Source: Nitrosopumilus sp. (GTDB lineage Archaea > Thermoproteota > Nitrososphaeria > Nitrososphaerales > Nitrosopumilaceae). Taken from it: 64,000 nucleotides of DNA. The DNA is taken from positions 1,088,001 through 1,152,000 of the forward strand of contig OZ244651.1 in NCBI GenBank assembly GCA_965218695.1, in the 5' to 3' direction. The position numbers and the translations under genes were made by a program. Numbering within the stretch: the stretch's first letter is position 1; every line of letters starts with the position of its first letter. Positions 39,239-48,575 of the stretch are shown here, one piece after another. The notes under the pieces were generated by a model, which did no database searches, was not told the DNA's origin, and was given only the letters and a program-made list of their open reading frames with translations.

Positions 39239-39642
39239 CGTAGTGGATATGGCATGTAATTATATAGCAATTGATGACAGCTTGCGGCATGCCATTGAGT
39301 GACATGTCGTGATCCTGACACCCGGCACAACTCTAAAATCGACTTGGCATCCGCGGGGCGGCAAGGCATGCGCCCCATCGCTTCAGGAGGGCAGCGGCTC
39401 AATGATGCAAACGGCACACCCACGTACACGCGTTAGACCATGATTGTGCGGGATCGGCAAGAATGGATCCCTGCCGGTAATGGAAAAGTCCTACTTTTCA
39501 GATAATGGATTAAATTGCCAGGCGGGCCTCGGACCTGGCGTGAAACCTGTATGACGCAAAGTTGCCAAACAGGGCGTGTCATTCAAAGGCATGCCGCAAG
39601 CTATTATCAATTACTAAATAATTACACGCTACACCCTAGACA

Positions 39643-40341
39643 ATGACAATGATAAACGCAGAAATACCACAAATGTTTCGCTCTGTAGACATGAATGGGG
39701 TAATTGTAGATTGTGGCCAGAGATATCTGGACAAACTCGGATACGCCAGGGACGAGGTCATCGGCACGCCGTTTTTTGATCACACGCCACCAAAAGCTCG
39801 CAAAGAACTAAAAGCGTCGTTTGCCGCATGGATAAAGAACCACAAGACGAACATTGCCAAAAGAATACAACTGGAGGCAAAAAATGGCAGAACCATTGAC
39901 GTAATACTCACCGTACACAACAGATATGAAAATGACCAGATAGTTGGAAGGGACGCAACCATGCACGAAGTTTCAGACATCAAGAGGCTTCAGGATGCAT
40001 ACAATGTTGGCTCCAGGTACAACTACGAAGATCACAACATCATGCGTAGATCTATAGACTACATTGGTATTATAGTAGACTGTAATCAGTCGTACTTGGA
40101 CAAACTTGGATACACCAGAGATGAGGTTATCGGAATCAGTCTGTACGAGCATACAGCAGTTAGAAGCAAGGGTCACCTGAACGCAAACATGGAGAACTGG
40201 AGAGCAGGACACCGCTACGAGTCCAGGATACACATGTTAAGAAAGGATGGCAGCGAGTTTCCAGTTGATCTTGTATCTACTGACGAAACTGACGGTGCAG
40301 GCCACCTACTAGGTAGAACGGTATCGCTCACACCAGTATAG
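39643..40341 (+). CDS. Stand-alone tandem PAS-domain protein
   Basis: Internal repeat G.IVDC.Q.YLDKLGY.RDEVIG; RKDGSEFPV PAC motif. Confidence 0.88.
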   Translation: MTMINAEIPQMFRSVDMNGVIVDCGQRYLDKLGYARDEVIGTPFFDHTPPKARKELKASFAAWIKNHKTNIAKRIQLEAKNGRTIDVILTVHNRYENDQIVGRDATMHEVSDIKRLQDAYNVGSRYNYEDHNIMRRSIDYIGIIVDCNQSYLDKLGYTRDEVIGISLYEHTAVRSKGHLNANMENWRAGHRYESRIHMLRKDGSEFPVDLVSTDETDGAGHLLGRTVSLTPV

Positions 40342-40403
40342 ACCCACACCAGTATAGACCCACACCCCCCTTTTCTTTTTTTTGTCGTGTACACCGTCCG
40401 TCC

Positions 40404-41534
40404 TAGCGTGTTGCATAATTCAACTCAGTCACCCAAGACTTGTACCGGATTCGCCTATCCGACTCTACATTGCCCCTGCTCCCATGTCTATCAGTCTGTT
40501 GTAGGTGGCCACTTTGAGGTTGACCTCCTGGATCATGTTCTTCCATTTCAATGAGTACAGGTGTTCCCCGAACATTCTCTTGAATGCAGAAAACACAATC
40601 TCCACAATCCATCTCTTGCCGTATCCGACTCGAGTCTTCCACTCATCTTGGTTGCTTTTCTTCTCCTCGTCGGGCAGCCATTTCACCCGATTGGGATCAG
40701 AGCCGCCAAACTGGTCCCGGACTGCCATGCCCCACACGTCGCCTGCGCCCTTTCCTTTCGGGGTGGAGCTTACCTTGAGCTTGATGAGCGGGGTCACGTT
40801 GCGCTCCCTGCATGCCTTTAGGTTGTCCCGAGAGGCGTAAGCGCCATCGCCATACGCAGAACATTTTGCGGGACTGTCGGCATGGCCGGGTTCTGATGCC
40901 GGGCCCACGCAGTTCTCCAGGGCGTCATCAAGCAGCGGAACGAACATGGGAGAATCCCCCGTCCGATCATCGGTGACACGGACTGCCAGTATCTTTTTTG
41001 TATCCACGTCAACCAGAATGTGCATCTTTACAAACCCGCGTCTTACCTTCCACTTTTGCCGTATCCACTCCCCCCTGTTGTGCTGCTTGAGGCCTGTAGA
41101 GTCTACTGCAAGCCTGATTGCAGCGCCCTTGCTGCCGGTGACCGTGATGATTCTGCCATTCCTCTGGACATCCAGCGACTGGATCCTTCTGAAGATGGTG
41201 GTATAGTGGGGCACTTGCTCCTCCCTGAGCACCTCCCGGATCATGCACATCAGGTTCCTGTAGGGGATGTGGATCATCGATTTTACTGCTGCCAGGGAGG
41301 CAAAGAACGAGTCTGCATACTGGAAAGGAGCCCCGACCTTGTGACGGTTGGCCTTTTTGACCTCGACGCATCTCTCCGGGTCATCGTGAATAATTAATGC
41401 CTGGCCGCGCCTGATGTATTTTTCGTTGTCCGTCTTCAATCCGACACTCTAGGATCCACTGATCTTTAGCTTTTTCGGTCTAGAACACAGTCAACATCAC
41501 TCACTGCAACTAGGCGTAATTATGCAACACGCTA
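40404..41534 (-). mobile_element. IS5-family (IS903-like) element
   Basis: TIR TAGCGTGTTGCATAATT; 8-bp TSD GTCCGTCC. Confidence 0.95.
40465..41439 (-). CDS. IS903-like transposase
   Basis: YIRRG, VDSTGLK, GEW, KMHILVD, GDGAY, YGKRWIVEIVFSAFK. Confidence 0.92.
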   Translation of the reverse strand: MKTDNEKYIRRGQALIIHDDPERCVEVKKANRHKVGAPFQYADSFFASLAAVKSMIHIPYRNLMCMIREVLREEQVPHYTTIFRRIQSLDVQRNGRIITVTGSKGAAIRLAVDSTGLKQHNRGEWIRQKWKVRRGFVKMHILVDVDTKKILAVRVTDDRTGDSPMFVPLLDDALENCVGPASEPGHADSPAKCSAYGDGAYASRDNLKACRERNVTPLIKLKVSSTPKGKGAGDVWGMAVRDQFGGSDPNRVKWLPDEEKKSNQDEWKTRVGYGKRWIVEIVFSAFKRMFGEHLYSLKWKNMIQEVNLKVATYNRLIDMGAGAM

Positions 41535-41542
41535 GTCCGTCC

Positions 41543-42777
41543 GGCGTTGTCCACCTTTTGATAATCCTGCTCTATTTCACACTATTTTTGGTTCATTTTG
41601 GCATCCCAAACCTGGACTCTGAAGGGGTTTCTGGTGTCGGCAGGCTTGCGGTTGGTCGTTTTTGAGCCGTTTTCATCTAGTGGTGCATGGCATCCGCTGG
41701 AACCGGAAACCGGCATTCTGCCCCTACCGGGACCCCTATGCTATCAGGTTGTAGCAGATGCTTCGCAGGATTATCTGGAGTCTCTGCATGGGAAACGTCT
41801 TTGCGGCCACGACGGAACCGAACCTCTCCTTCATGGATGAGAACACGGACTCGACAAGACTGCGCTGGTGGTACACCTTCTCGAACCCTTCCCGATCCCG
41901 CCTGAACCAGCGGAGCATCTCTGCCCTGGGATTGAAGCCCTTTGCGGTGTGGTTCTTGCGGGGCCAGATCACCGGTTTTCTGCCGCTGTCGTAGATCATC
42001 TTGCAGTTTGCGTGCGCGTCATACGCCGAATCCAGCATGACGTGCCCGTCGCCGTCTGGCGTGCGGGCAAACATCTTCCGGAATATCGGCGAGTCGTGGG
42101 CAAGTCCGGGCGTCACCATGCATGCGGCGATCCTTCCGTGCGGGGCTACCAGTATGTGCAGCTTGACGAACTGACGCCTGGGTATGATGCCCTTCTTGGC
42201 ATCCTCCCAGTCGGCGTAGATGTTGATGGAAAATCCGCTTGCGTCCCCAAGGAGCGGACCGTGAGCGTCACTCCCTGCCTGTCCCAGGATCACTTCCATC
42301 AGAATCTTCTGCTTTTCTGCCAGCCTCTTGGCTGCCGCATGCAGGCACGATTTGGACGGAACGGCTTTTAAGCCGCAGACGTGCAGTGAACCTGGGTTTG
42401 CCTCGAGGTACGAGACGTGTTCCCGGTACGAGTTGCCGCGAAACTCCTTGTCCATGAGGCAGATCAAGTAGGAGATCATGCGCCGGTCCTTGTCGGACTT
42501 GGGCTTGCAGATCTCGTACAGGATGGTGGTAAGGGCGAGGATTCCGATTGACACTCGTTTCTCCTCCCCACTCCTTCGCATCTCGTATTTTTTGCTGTAG
42601 CCTTTCGGGCGCACCCATTTCTTCTTGTCTTCCTTGTCTCTGTTCTTTGCTTTCCTCTTTTTTCTATTGGAATTCATTAATTGTGGGCAGGATCGGTGAT
42701 CCAAAACTTTTCGGATGTCTGACGCTAATGATCTTTAAGCGTAACGCTGCTTTTTTGAGGAAGATGTGGACAACGCC
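41543..42777 (-). mobile_element. IS5/IS4-like element (complete relative of 987-2138)
   Basis: TIR GGCGTTGTCCAC; 10-bp TSD TAGTCCGTCC (41533-41542, 42778-42787). Confidence 0.95.
41736..42704 (-). CDS. DDE transposase
   Basis: Close paralog of 1082-2065. Confidence 0.92.
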   Translation of the reverse strand: MDHRSCPQLMNSNRKKRKAKNRDKEDKKKWVRPKGYSKKYEMRRSGEEKRVSIGILALTTILYEICKPKSDKDRRMISYLICLMDKEFRGNSYREHVSYLEANPGSLHVCGLKAVPSKSCLHAAAKRLAEKQKILMEVILGQAGSDAHGPLLGDASGFSINIYADWEDAKKGIIPRRQFVKLHILVAPHGRIAACMVTPGLAHDSPIFRKMFARTPDGDGHVMLDSAYDAHANCKMIYDSGRKPVIWPRKNHTAKGFNPRAEMLRWFRRDREGFEKVYHQRSLVESVFSSMKERFGSVVAAKTFPMQRLQIILRSICYNLIA

Positions 42778-42793
42778 TAGTCCGTCCCATACC

Positions 42794-42802
42794 TTTTTAT
42801 AC
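42794..42802 (+). promoter_or_regulatory. Putative TATA box of the nuo operon
   Basis: TTTTTATAC about 25-30 bp upstream of the nuoA start. Confidence 0.5.
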
Positions 42803-42825
42803 AAAAATCAGGGTCAGAAGCTAAA

Positions 42826-43200
42826 TTGGTTGGAGAACTGGCCGGAAACTACAGTACAGTGGTGTTGATGTTTGGATTTGCCGTAGTGGCAATGGCACCT
42901 GCGCTACTAGTGTCCCGGATGCTCTCCCCCAGAAAACGCAGCAACCCTGTAAAGTTTCTGCCCATGGAGTGCGGCCAGGTACCGTCCGGTGCAGGACGAA
43001 CCCATTTTATGATGCAGTATTATCCTTACATCCTCATGTTTGTAGTCTTTGATGTCATGGCAATATTCCTGTATGCGTGGGGCAGCGCACTCTTGGAACT
43101 CCCCAAGAGCGCAACCTTGCCGATGATCGGTTTCCTTGGAATTATGTTTGGAGCCATGGCTTTTGCTCTGTACCAGTCCGGAAGGAGAAGGATATGGTAG
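42826..43200 (+). CDS. nuoA: Complex I subunit A
   Basis: ECG, FVVFDV, three TM segments. Confidence 0.93.
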   Translation: MVGELAGNYSTVVLMFGFAVVAMAPALLVSRMLSPRKRSNPVKFLPMECGQVPSGAGRTHFMMQYYPYILMFVVFDVMAIFLYAWGSALLELPKSATLPMIGFLGIMFGAMAFALYQSGRRRIW

Positions 43201-43240
43201 TTTTTTATATTGAACACGGCTATGGGAGTGTGAGGTAAGA

Positions 43241-43765
43241 TTGCTTAAGGATCTAATAACCCCTGAGAACGCAAACGTCTTTGTTGGCAAGCTGGGAGAT
43301 ATTCTGGAAAGGGTCATAGACAAGCCACTGGGCTATGCCATCAACTGGGGCCGTATCTGGTCACTCTGGCCGGTACACATCGAGACTGCTTGCTGTAGCG
43401 TGGAGTTTGGCGCAGCATCAAGTCCAAGGTATGATGTGGAACGGTTTGGGATAATTGAGGCGTTTGGTTCGCTCAGGCAGTGCGATCTGGTAGTAGTTCA
43501 GGGAACCATCACAAGAAAGATGGCACCCCGTCTAAGGCTTGTGTATGATCAAATGCCTGAGCCAAAGTATGTCATTGCCATGGGGGCATGCGCAATTACT
43601 GGCGGACTGTACTTTGACTCGTATAACGTCCTGCCAGGAATCGATGGCGTGATTCCAGTAGATGTCTATGTTCCTGGTTGTCCTCCAAGACCCGAGACTC
43701 TCATCCAGGGATGCATCCTGTTGCAGGAGAAGATCAAGAGGATGAAGGCCAGAAAGTATGTCTAG
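43241..43765 (+). CDS. nuoB: Complex I subunit B
   Basis: TACCSVE, GAC, PGCPPRPE. Confidence 0.96.
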   Translation: MLKDLITPENANVFVGKLGDILERVIDKPLGYAINWGRIWSLWPVHIETACCSVEFGAASSPRYDVERFGIIEAFGSLRQCDLVVVQGTITRKMAPRLRLVYDQMPEPKYVIAMGACAITGGLYFDSYNVLPGIDGVIPVDVYVPGCPPRPETLIQGCILLQEKIKRMKARKYV

Positions 43766-43984
43766 TTTTCAGACCGTCTGTTTTACTCCATAACCTATTC
43801 TGGCATCCTGCAAGGAAGACTGTAGGTACCTGCTATATCCCAGTCTGATTGAGACAAATCATGGATTCTGAATCTACCTGGTATCCCAAAATGGATACTT
43901 CCTGTCCTGTGCAACGTAATCTACATCCGTATACCAACATCTAAAATAAAGGCTAAAATGTATGAAGGCTAGGAGATTTGTGTA

Positions 43985-44854
43985 ATGGGTTCTGATTCTG
44001 AACGATCCGTAGAGACAAAGACTGAAGATACTCCCATGGATGCACCAACCAAGCCCAAACCCAAACCTGCACCCAAGCCCACACCAAAAGCCGGTGCTGA
44101 AAAGACAGAAACTAAACCAGAACCAGCACCAACCAAACCCACTCCAAAAGCAAGTACTGTAAAGCCAGCAGCCAAGCCTGCAGCAGCCAAGCCCGCACCG
44201 CCTGCCAGACCTGCAGCAGCCAAGCCTGCACCGCCTGCCAGACCTGCAGCAGCCAAGCCTGCAGCAGCCAAGCCCGCACCGCCTGCCAGACCTGGAACAG
44301 CCAGACCCAGACCGCCTGCCAGACCTGGAGCAAAGAAGCCCGTACCCAAGGCGGCCCCGCCTCCGGTATTTGAAACCGGCATATCTGCCAAACTGGTAGA
44401 AAAGTTCGGGGAGAAGGTCAGTGTCACGTTTGTACGCAAGGACAGGGTCGGAATACGTGCCGGTAAGGACGACGTTCATCAGGTTGCTGAGTTTATTCGT
44501 GACGAATTAAACTACGATCATGTAGAGTCAGTCTCAGGAGTGGACTATCCTCAGGACAAAGAGATTGAGGTTGTTTATCATCTGGGATCTTACACTGACC
44601 CCGAACTGGAAAGGCAGATTCTTGAACTGTCCACCAGGGCGCAGAGGGAGGAGGATCCCATACCTGGCAATGATGCCACGAGGATTCCAAGCCTCCGGGA
44701 TGTATTTTACAGTGTAGAGTTTCATGAAAGAGAGGTGTTTGAGATGTTTGGCGTCTATTTTGAGGGTCATCCTGATAACAGAAGATTGCTGCTGCCTGAG
44801 GACTGGGCGGACCTGCCTCCGCTCCGAAAGGACTTTGCGATAAAGGGGAGATAG
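43985..44854 (+). CDS. nuoC: Complex I subunit C with long P/A/K-rich N-terminal extension
   Basis: EREVFEMFGVYFEGHPD, PLRKDF. Confidence 0.93.
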   Translation: MGSDSERSVETKTEDTPMDAPTKPKPKPAPKPTPKAGAEKTETKPEPAPTKPTPKASTVKPAAKPAAAKPAPPARPAAAKPAPPARPAAAKPAAAKPAPPARPGTARPRPPARPGAKKPVPKAAPPPVFETGISAKLVEKFGEKVSVTFVRKDRVGIRAGKDDVHQVAEFIRDELNYDHVESVSGVDYPQDKEIEVVYHLGSYTDPELERQILELSTRAQREEDPIPGNDATRIPSLRDVFYSVEFHEREVFEMFGVYFEGHPDNRRLLLPEDWADLPPLRKDFAIKGR

Positions 44855-44858
44855 TGGT

Positions 44859-45992
44859 ATGAGCGTAGAACTTCCACCTGGGCTAGCACTCAAGAAAGTC
44901 GATGAGAGGATAATGACCCTCAACGTCGGGCCTCAACATCCGGGCTCGGGTCACATGAGGATAGTGGTGCAGATAGACGGCGACTACATAGTTGCATGCG
45001 ACCCTGATCCAGGCTACGTGCACCGCGGGGAGGAGAAGATGGCAGAGTACCGCAACTACATCACAAACATTCCGCATCTGGAGAGGCCCGTAATTCATGA
45101 CTCGTGCAACGTCCTGTACCCGTATGTTCTGGGTGCAGAGGAGCTTTTAGGAATCGAGGTTCCAGAGCGCGCAAAATACGTCCGGGTGATAGCGTCCGAA
45201 CTGAACAGGTGCATCTACACCATGTACTGGCTTGCAATATACGGAATCTTCCTTGGACACTCCACCATGTTCATGTGGCCTGCCGGGGATCGTGAATTCC
45301 TGATAGATCTCATGGAGAAGATGACAGGTGCAAGGGTAACCCACGCACACTTTGTTCCAGGAGGCGTGCGAAACGACCTACCCCCAAACTTTGAGGATGT
45401 CTGTCTGCGCCAGGTCAACTACTTTGAAAAGCGCATACGGGAGTACTCTGCAATATTCTATGACAACCCGATCCTGGTATCTAGAACCAGGGATACTGGT
45501 GTGCTGTCTAGGCAGGATGCAATCCGGCTTGGAACCACGGGCTCCGTGCTCCGTGCAAGCGGCGTTGACTACGACCTGAGAAAAAAGGAGCCGTATGACG
45601 TTTATGACGAGCTGGACTTTCAGACCAACGTTATGAAGGAGGGTGATTCGTATGCCCGTTCCAAGGTTCCGTGGCTTGACATGCTGGAGAGCTGCCAGAT
45701 AATCCGTCAGGCGCTGCAAAAGATGCCCAAGTCAGGCTCCGTCCGTGTCAAGCTCAAGCCAAACCCCAAGGGTGTGGTCGGCTCGGTATACAAGCGCGTG
45801 GAGTCAGGCAGGGGCTCCCTGGGCTATTACATCGTCTCTGACGGAAAGCCAGAGCCGTACCGAGTCAAAATGAGCGTCGGCTCGTTTAGGAACCTTATAG
45901 CACTGCCGTACCTTCTCAAGGGAGAAAAGCTTGGCAACATGCCTGCTGTCTATTGGAGTCTCAACTACTGGCCTGTGGAGGCGGATCGATAA
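44859..45992 (+). CDS. nuoD: Complex I subunit D
   Basis: GPQHP, GYVHRGEEK, EADR terminus. Confidence 0.96.
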   Translation: MSVELPPGLALKKVDERIMTLNVGPQHPGSGHMRIVVQIDGDYIVACDPDPGYVHRGEEKMAEYRNYITNIPHLERPVIHDSCNVLYPYVLGAEELLGIEVPERAKYVRVIASELNRCIYTMYWLAIYGIFLGHSTMFMWPAGDREFLIDLMEKMTGARVTHAHFVPGGVRNDLPPNFEDVCLRQVNYFEKRIREYSAIFYDNPILVSRTRDTGVLSRQDAIRLGTTGSVLRASGVDYDLRKKEPYDVYDELDFQTNVMKEGDSYARSKVPWLDMLESCQIIRQALQKMPKSGSVRVKLKPNPKGVVGSVYKRVESGRGSLGYYIVSDGKPEPYRVKMSVGSFRNLIALPYLLKGEKLGNMPAVYWSLNYWPVEADR

Positions 45993-47290
45993 TGTCGGTA
46001 ATAGCACCCAAATTCAAACTCAGTGAGTTCCTAAAGTCGATAATCAGCGATGCATTCTGGGCGCTCTTCCTGATGGTGCTGGTGGGCGTCCCCGCAGTGA
46101 TGATGGTGCTCTTTTACATCGAGTTGCCGGTAATCGATGGCGAACTGCTTACGCCGTTCCTTGCATTCACATGGATAATAGATCCCACACGCACGCTCCC
46201 CTTGGTACACGCATTCATGTCCACTGACATGTTCCGGGTAATGGCATTTCCAGGGTTCGGGTTTGCCGCACTGATTGCTGCAGGAACCATATTTGTCGAA
46301 CGCAAGATGCTTGCAAAACTGCAGCTCCGTGTGGGGCCATTCTACTGCGGGAAATTTGAGGGAATACTGCAGCTGATGGGCGACGGACTGAAGCTGATAT
46401 CCAAGGAGATCATAATACCTGCCAAGGCCGACAAGCCGATATTCTGGGCCGCCCCCGTAATCTTTGTAGCCACAGCAGCTGCATTTGTCGCACTGATTCC
46501 TGTCGCACCCGGCTGGGTGGTGGCAGATGTGGACATGGGGCTGATTGCAGTCTTTGCAGTAATTGGATTCTTCCCCATAATCACTGTCCTGTCTGCCTGG
46601 TCGGCAAACAGCAAATTCCCTTTCATCGGAGGCATACGGGCACTCTTCCAGATGGTGTCCTTTGAGATTCCGCTGATCCTCTCGCTTCTGGGCGTGGTGA
46701 TAATCACTGGAACCCTCAACCTCTCAGAGATTGCGGCAAGCCAGTCAATCGTGCCGTGGATAGTGTTCCTGCCGGTAGGGGCAATCGTGTTCTATATCAC
46801 GATGCTTGCAGAGCTGGAGAGAATTCCCTTTGATCTTCCCGAGGCAGAAAGCGAGATTGTAGCCGGGTGGCTTACAGAGTTCTCCGGAATGATGTACGGG
46901 TTGGTGCAGCTTGGAACGTACCTCAAACTGTACGCGTTTGCAGGACTGTTTGTGGTGCTGTTTCTGGGAGGCTGGAACGGGCCCATGGTGGTGCCTCCGT
47001 TCCCTGCAGAGATAATCACCGATGGGATAGAGCTCGGACCGGTATCTGCCCAGATTCCTGGACTGCCACTCTTCACACAGGACATGCTTAACGGAGCATT
47101 CTGGTTTGTCCTCAAGACCGTAGCCCTCATATTCTTCATACTCCTGCCAAGGGGCGTGTTCCCAAGGATCAGAATAGACATGCTGCTGAACTTGGGATGG
47201 ACCAAGCTCATCGGCCTTGCATTTGTCAACATCTTTATTGCACTGGGACTGCTTTACTCTGGAGTCCTAGGACCGGGAGGGTTACAATGA
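45992..47290 (+). CDS. nuoH: Complex I subunit H
   Basis: ERKMLAKLQLRVGP, PFDLPEAESE; start at MSVIAPK. Confidence 0.95.
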   Translation: MSVIAPKFKLSEFLKSIISDAFWALFLMVLVGVPAVMMVLFYIELPVIDGELLTPFLAFTWIIDPTRTLPLVHAFMSTDMFRVMAFPGFGFAALIAAGTIFVERKMLAKLQLRVGPFYCGKFEGILQLMGDGLKLISKEIIIPAKADKPIFWAAPVIFVATAAAFVALIPVAPGWVVADVDMGLIAVFAVIGFFPIITVLSAWSANSKFPFIGGIRALFQMVSFEIPLILSLLGVVIITGTLNLSEIAASQSIVPWIVFLPVGAIVFYITMLAELERIPFDLPEAESEIVAGWLTEFSGMMYGLVQLGTYLKLYAFAGLFVVLFLGGWNGPMVVPPFPAEIITDGIELGPVSAQIPGLPLFTQDMLNGAFWFVLKTVALIFFILLPRGVFPRIRIDMLLNLGWTKLIGLAFVNIFIALGLLYSGVLGPGGLQ

Positions 47291-47784
47291 ACACTGCAAC
47301 AGGAATTATCAAAGCGCTCAACTCTGGAATCAAGCATCTTGCCGTAAAGCGATTCACGCTCAGGTATCCAGAGGAGAAGCTAAAGTTTGTAGGTGATGGG
47401 TACCAGTATGATCCGTCCACCGGCGTGGGAATTGCAGGACTCAAGGGACGCCACATGCTGTTTCACGACCACTGCACCGGCTGCCAGCTGTGTTCCATTG
47501 CATGCGAAGGGGTTGCAGAGGCAATAGCAATGGTAAAGGTACCCGAAGAGCACAAGCATAACAAAAAGTCCATCATGCCCCAGATAGACTACGGCAAGTG
47601 CGTCTTCTGCGGTCTGTGTGTTGATGCATGCCCGTTTTACGCACTATACATGACAAATGATTACGAGTTGTCCTCATTTTCAAAGGAGGGTCTGATATAC
47701 ACTCCTGCCCAGCTTGCAGTAAAACCGTACGTAGCCCAGGACAGCGAGATTAAGATTACCGACAGGGGCGCTACGCATGGCTGA
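47287..47784 (+). CDS. nuoI: Complex I subunit I
   Basis: Two CxxCxxCxxxC motifs. Confidence 0.95.
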   Translation: MNTATGIIKALNSGIKHLAVKRFTLRYPEEKLKFVGDGYQYDPSTGVGIAGLKGRHMLFHDHCTGCQLCSIACEGVAEAIAMVKVPEEHKHNKKSIMPQIDYGKCVFCGLCVDACPFYALYMTNDYELSSFSKEGLIYTPAQLAVKPYVAQDSEIKITDRGATHG

Positions 47785-48289
47785 TGCCGTATTTCTGGCC
47801 CTGGCCGTAATCACGATAGGATCCGCAATTGCCGCCCTTGAACTGCGATCCCTGATATACGGCTCCATTGCCCTGATGGGCACGCTTGGCGGCATAGCCG
47901 GATTCTTCTTTCTTCTGGACTCGCCGTTTGTGGCCCTGTTCCAGATTGCCGTATACGTGGGATCCATTGCAGTGCTGATCCTCTTTACCGTTATGCTTGT
48001 CAAGAGGGAGCTCATATTCAAAAAGATAGAGGACAGCCGGAGAAAGTTTGCCGGAATTGCCCTGATGCTGGTGGTGATGGTGGCGCTGGGTGCTGTATTC
48101 CTGGATTCTGGAATCAAGTCAATAACTACTGATGAGGATCCGGTGGACTTTAGGGACATCGGCACTGACTTTGTAACCTACTACTGGCCTGCCCTGATAG
48201 TGATGGCCCTGATACTAACAGGCTCTGTCACGGGTGCGCTGGTTCTTGCCAAACGGGAGGATGTGGAGAATGGTCAGCGAGCTAGTTGA
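47777..48289 (+). CDS. nuoJ: Complex I subunit J
   Basis: QIAVYVGSIAVL. Confidence 0.93.
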   Translation: MADAVFLALAVITIGSAIAALELRSLIYGSIALMGTLGGIAGFFFLLDSPFVALFQIAVYVGSIAVLILFTVMLVKRELIFKKIEDSRRKFAGIALMLVVMVALGAVFLDSGIKSITTDEDPVDFRDIGTDFVTYYWPALIVMALILTGSVTGALVLAKREDVENGQRAS

Positions 48290-48575
48290 CTTTACACTGG
48301 TATCGGTGGCCCTCCTGGGCATCGGGATATACGGCCTTGCCGTAAAGCGCAACTTCATCAGGATGCTCTTTGCAGTCGAGATTATCATCAATTCTGCCAA
48401 CCTCAATCTCGTGGCCTTTGCAAGGTTCATCCCAGACAGCGGCGGACAGACGCTGGCGCTGTTCTCTATTGCCATTGCAGCTGCAGAAGTTGCAGTGGGC
48501 CTCTCGCTGATAATTGTGGCGTACCGCATGTACCACAACATAGACATTGCAGACTTTAGGAGCCTAAAGGGATAA
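48270..48575 (+). CDS. nuoK: Complex I subunit K
   Basis: AAAEVAVGL. Confidence 0.93.
   Translation: MVSELVDFTLVSVALLGIGIYGLAVKRNFIRMLFAVEIIINSANLNLVAFARFIPDSGGQTLALFSIAIAAAEVAVGLSLIIVAYRMYHNIDIADFRSLKG

Noticed and set aside
43874-44479. Gly/Ala/Cys-rich repeat ORFs on the minus strand
   Set aside because: Antisense shadows of the nuoC repeat region.
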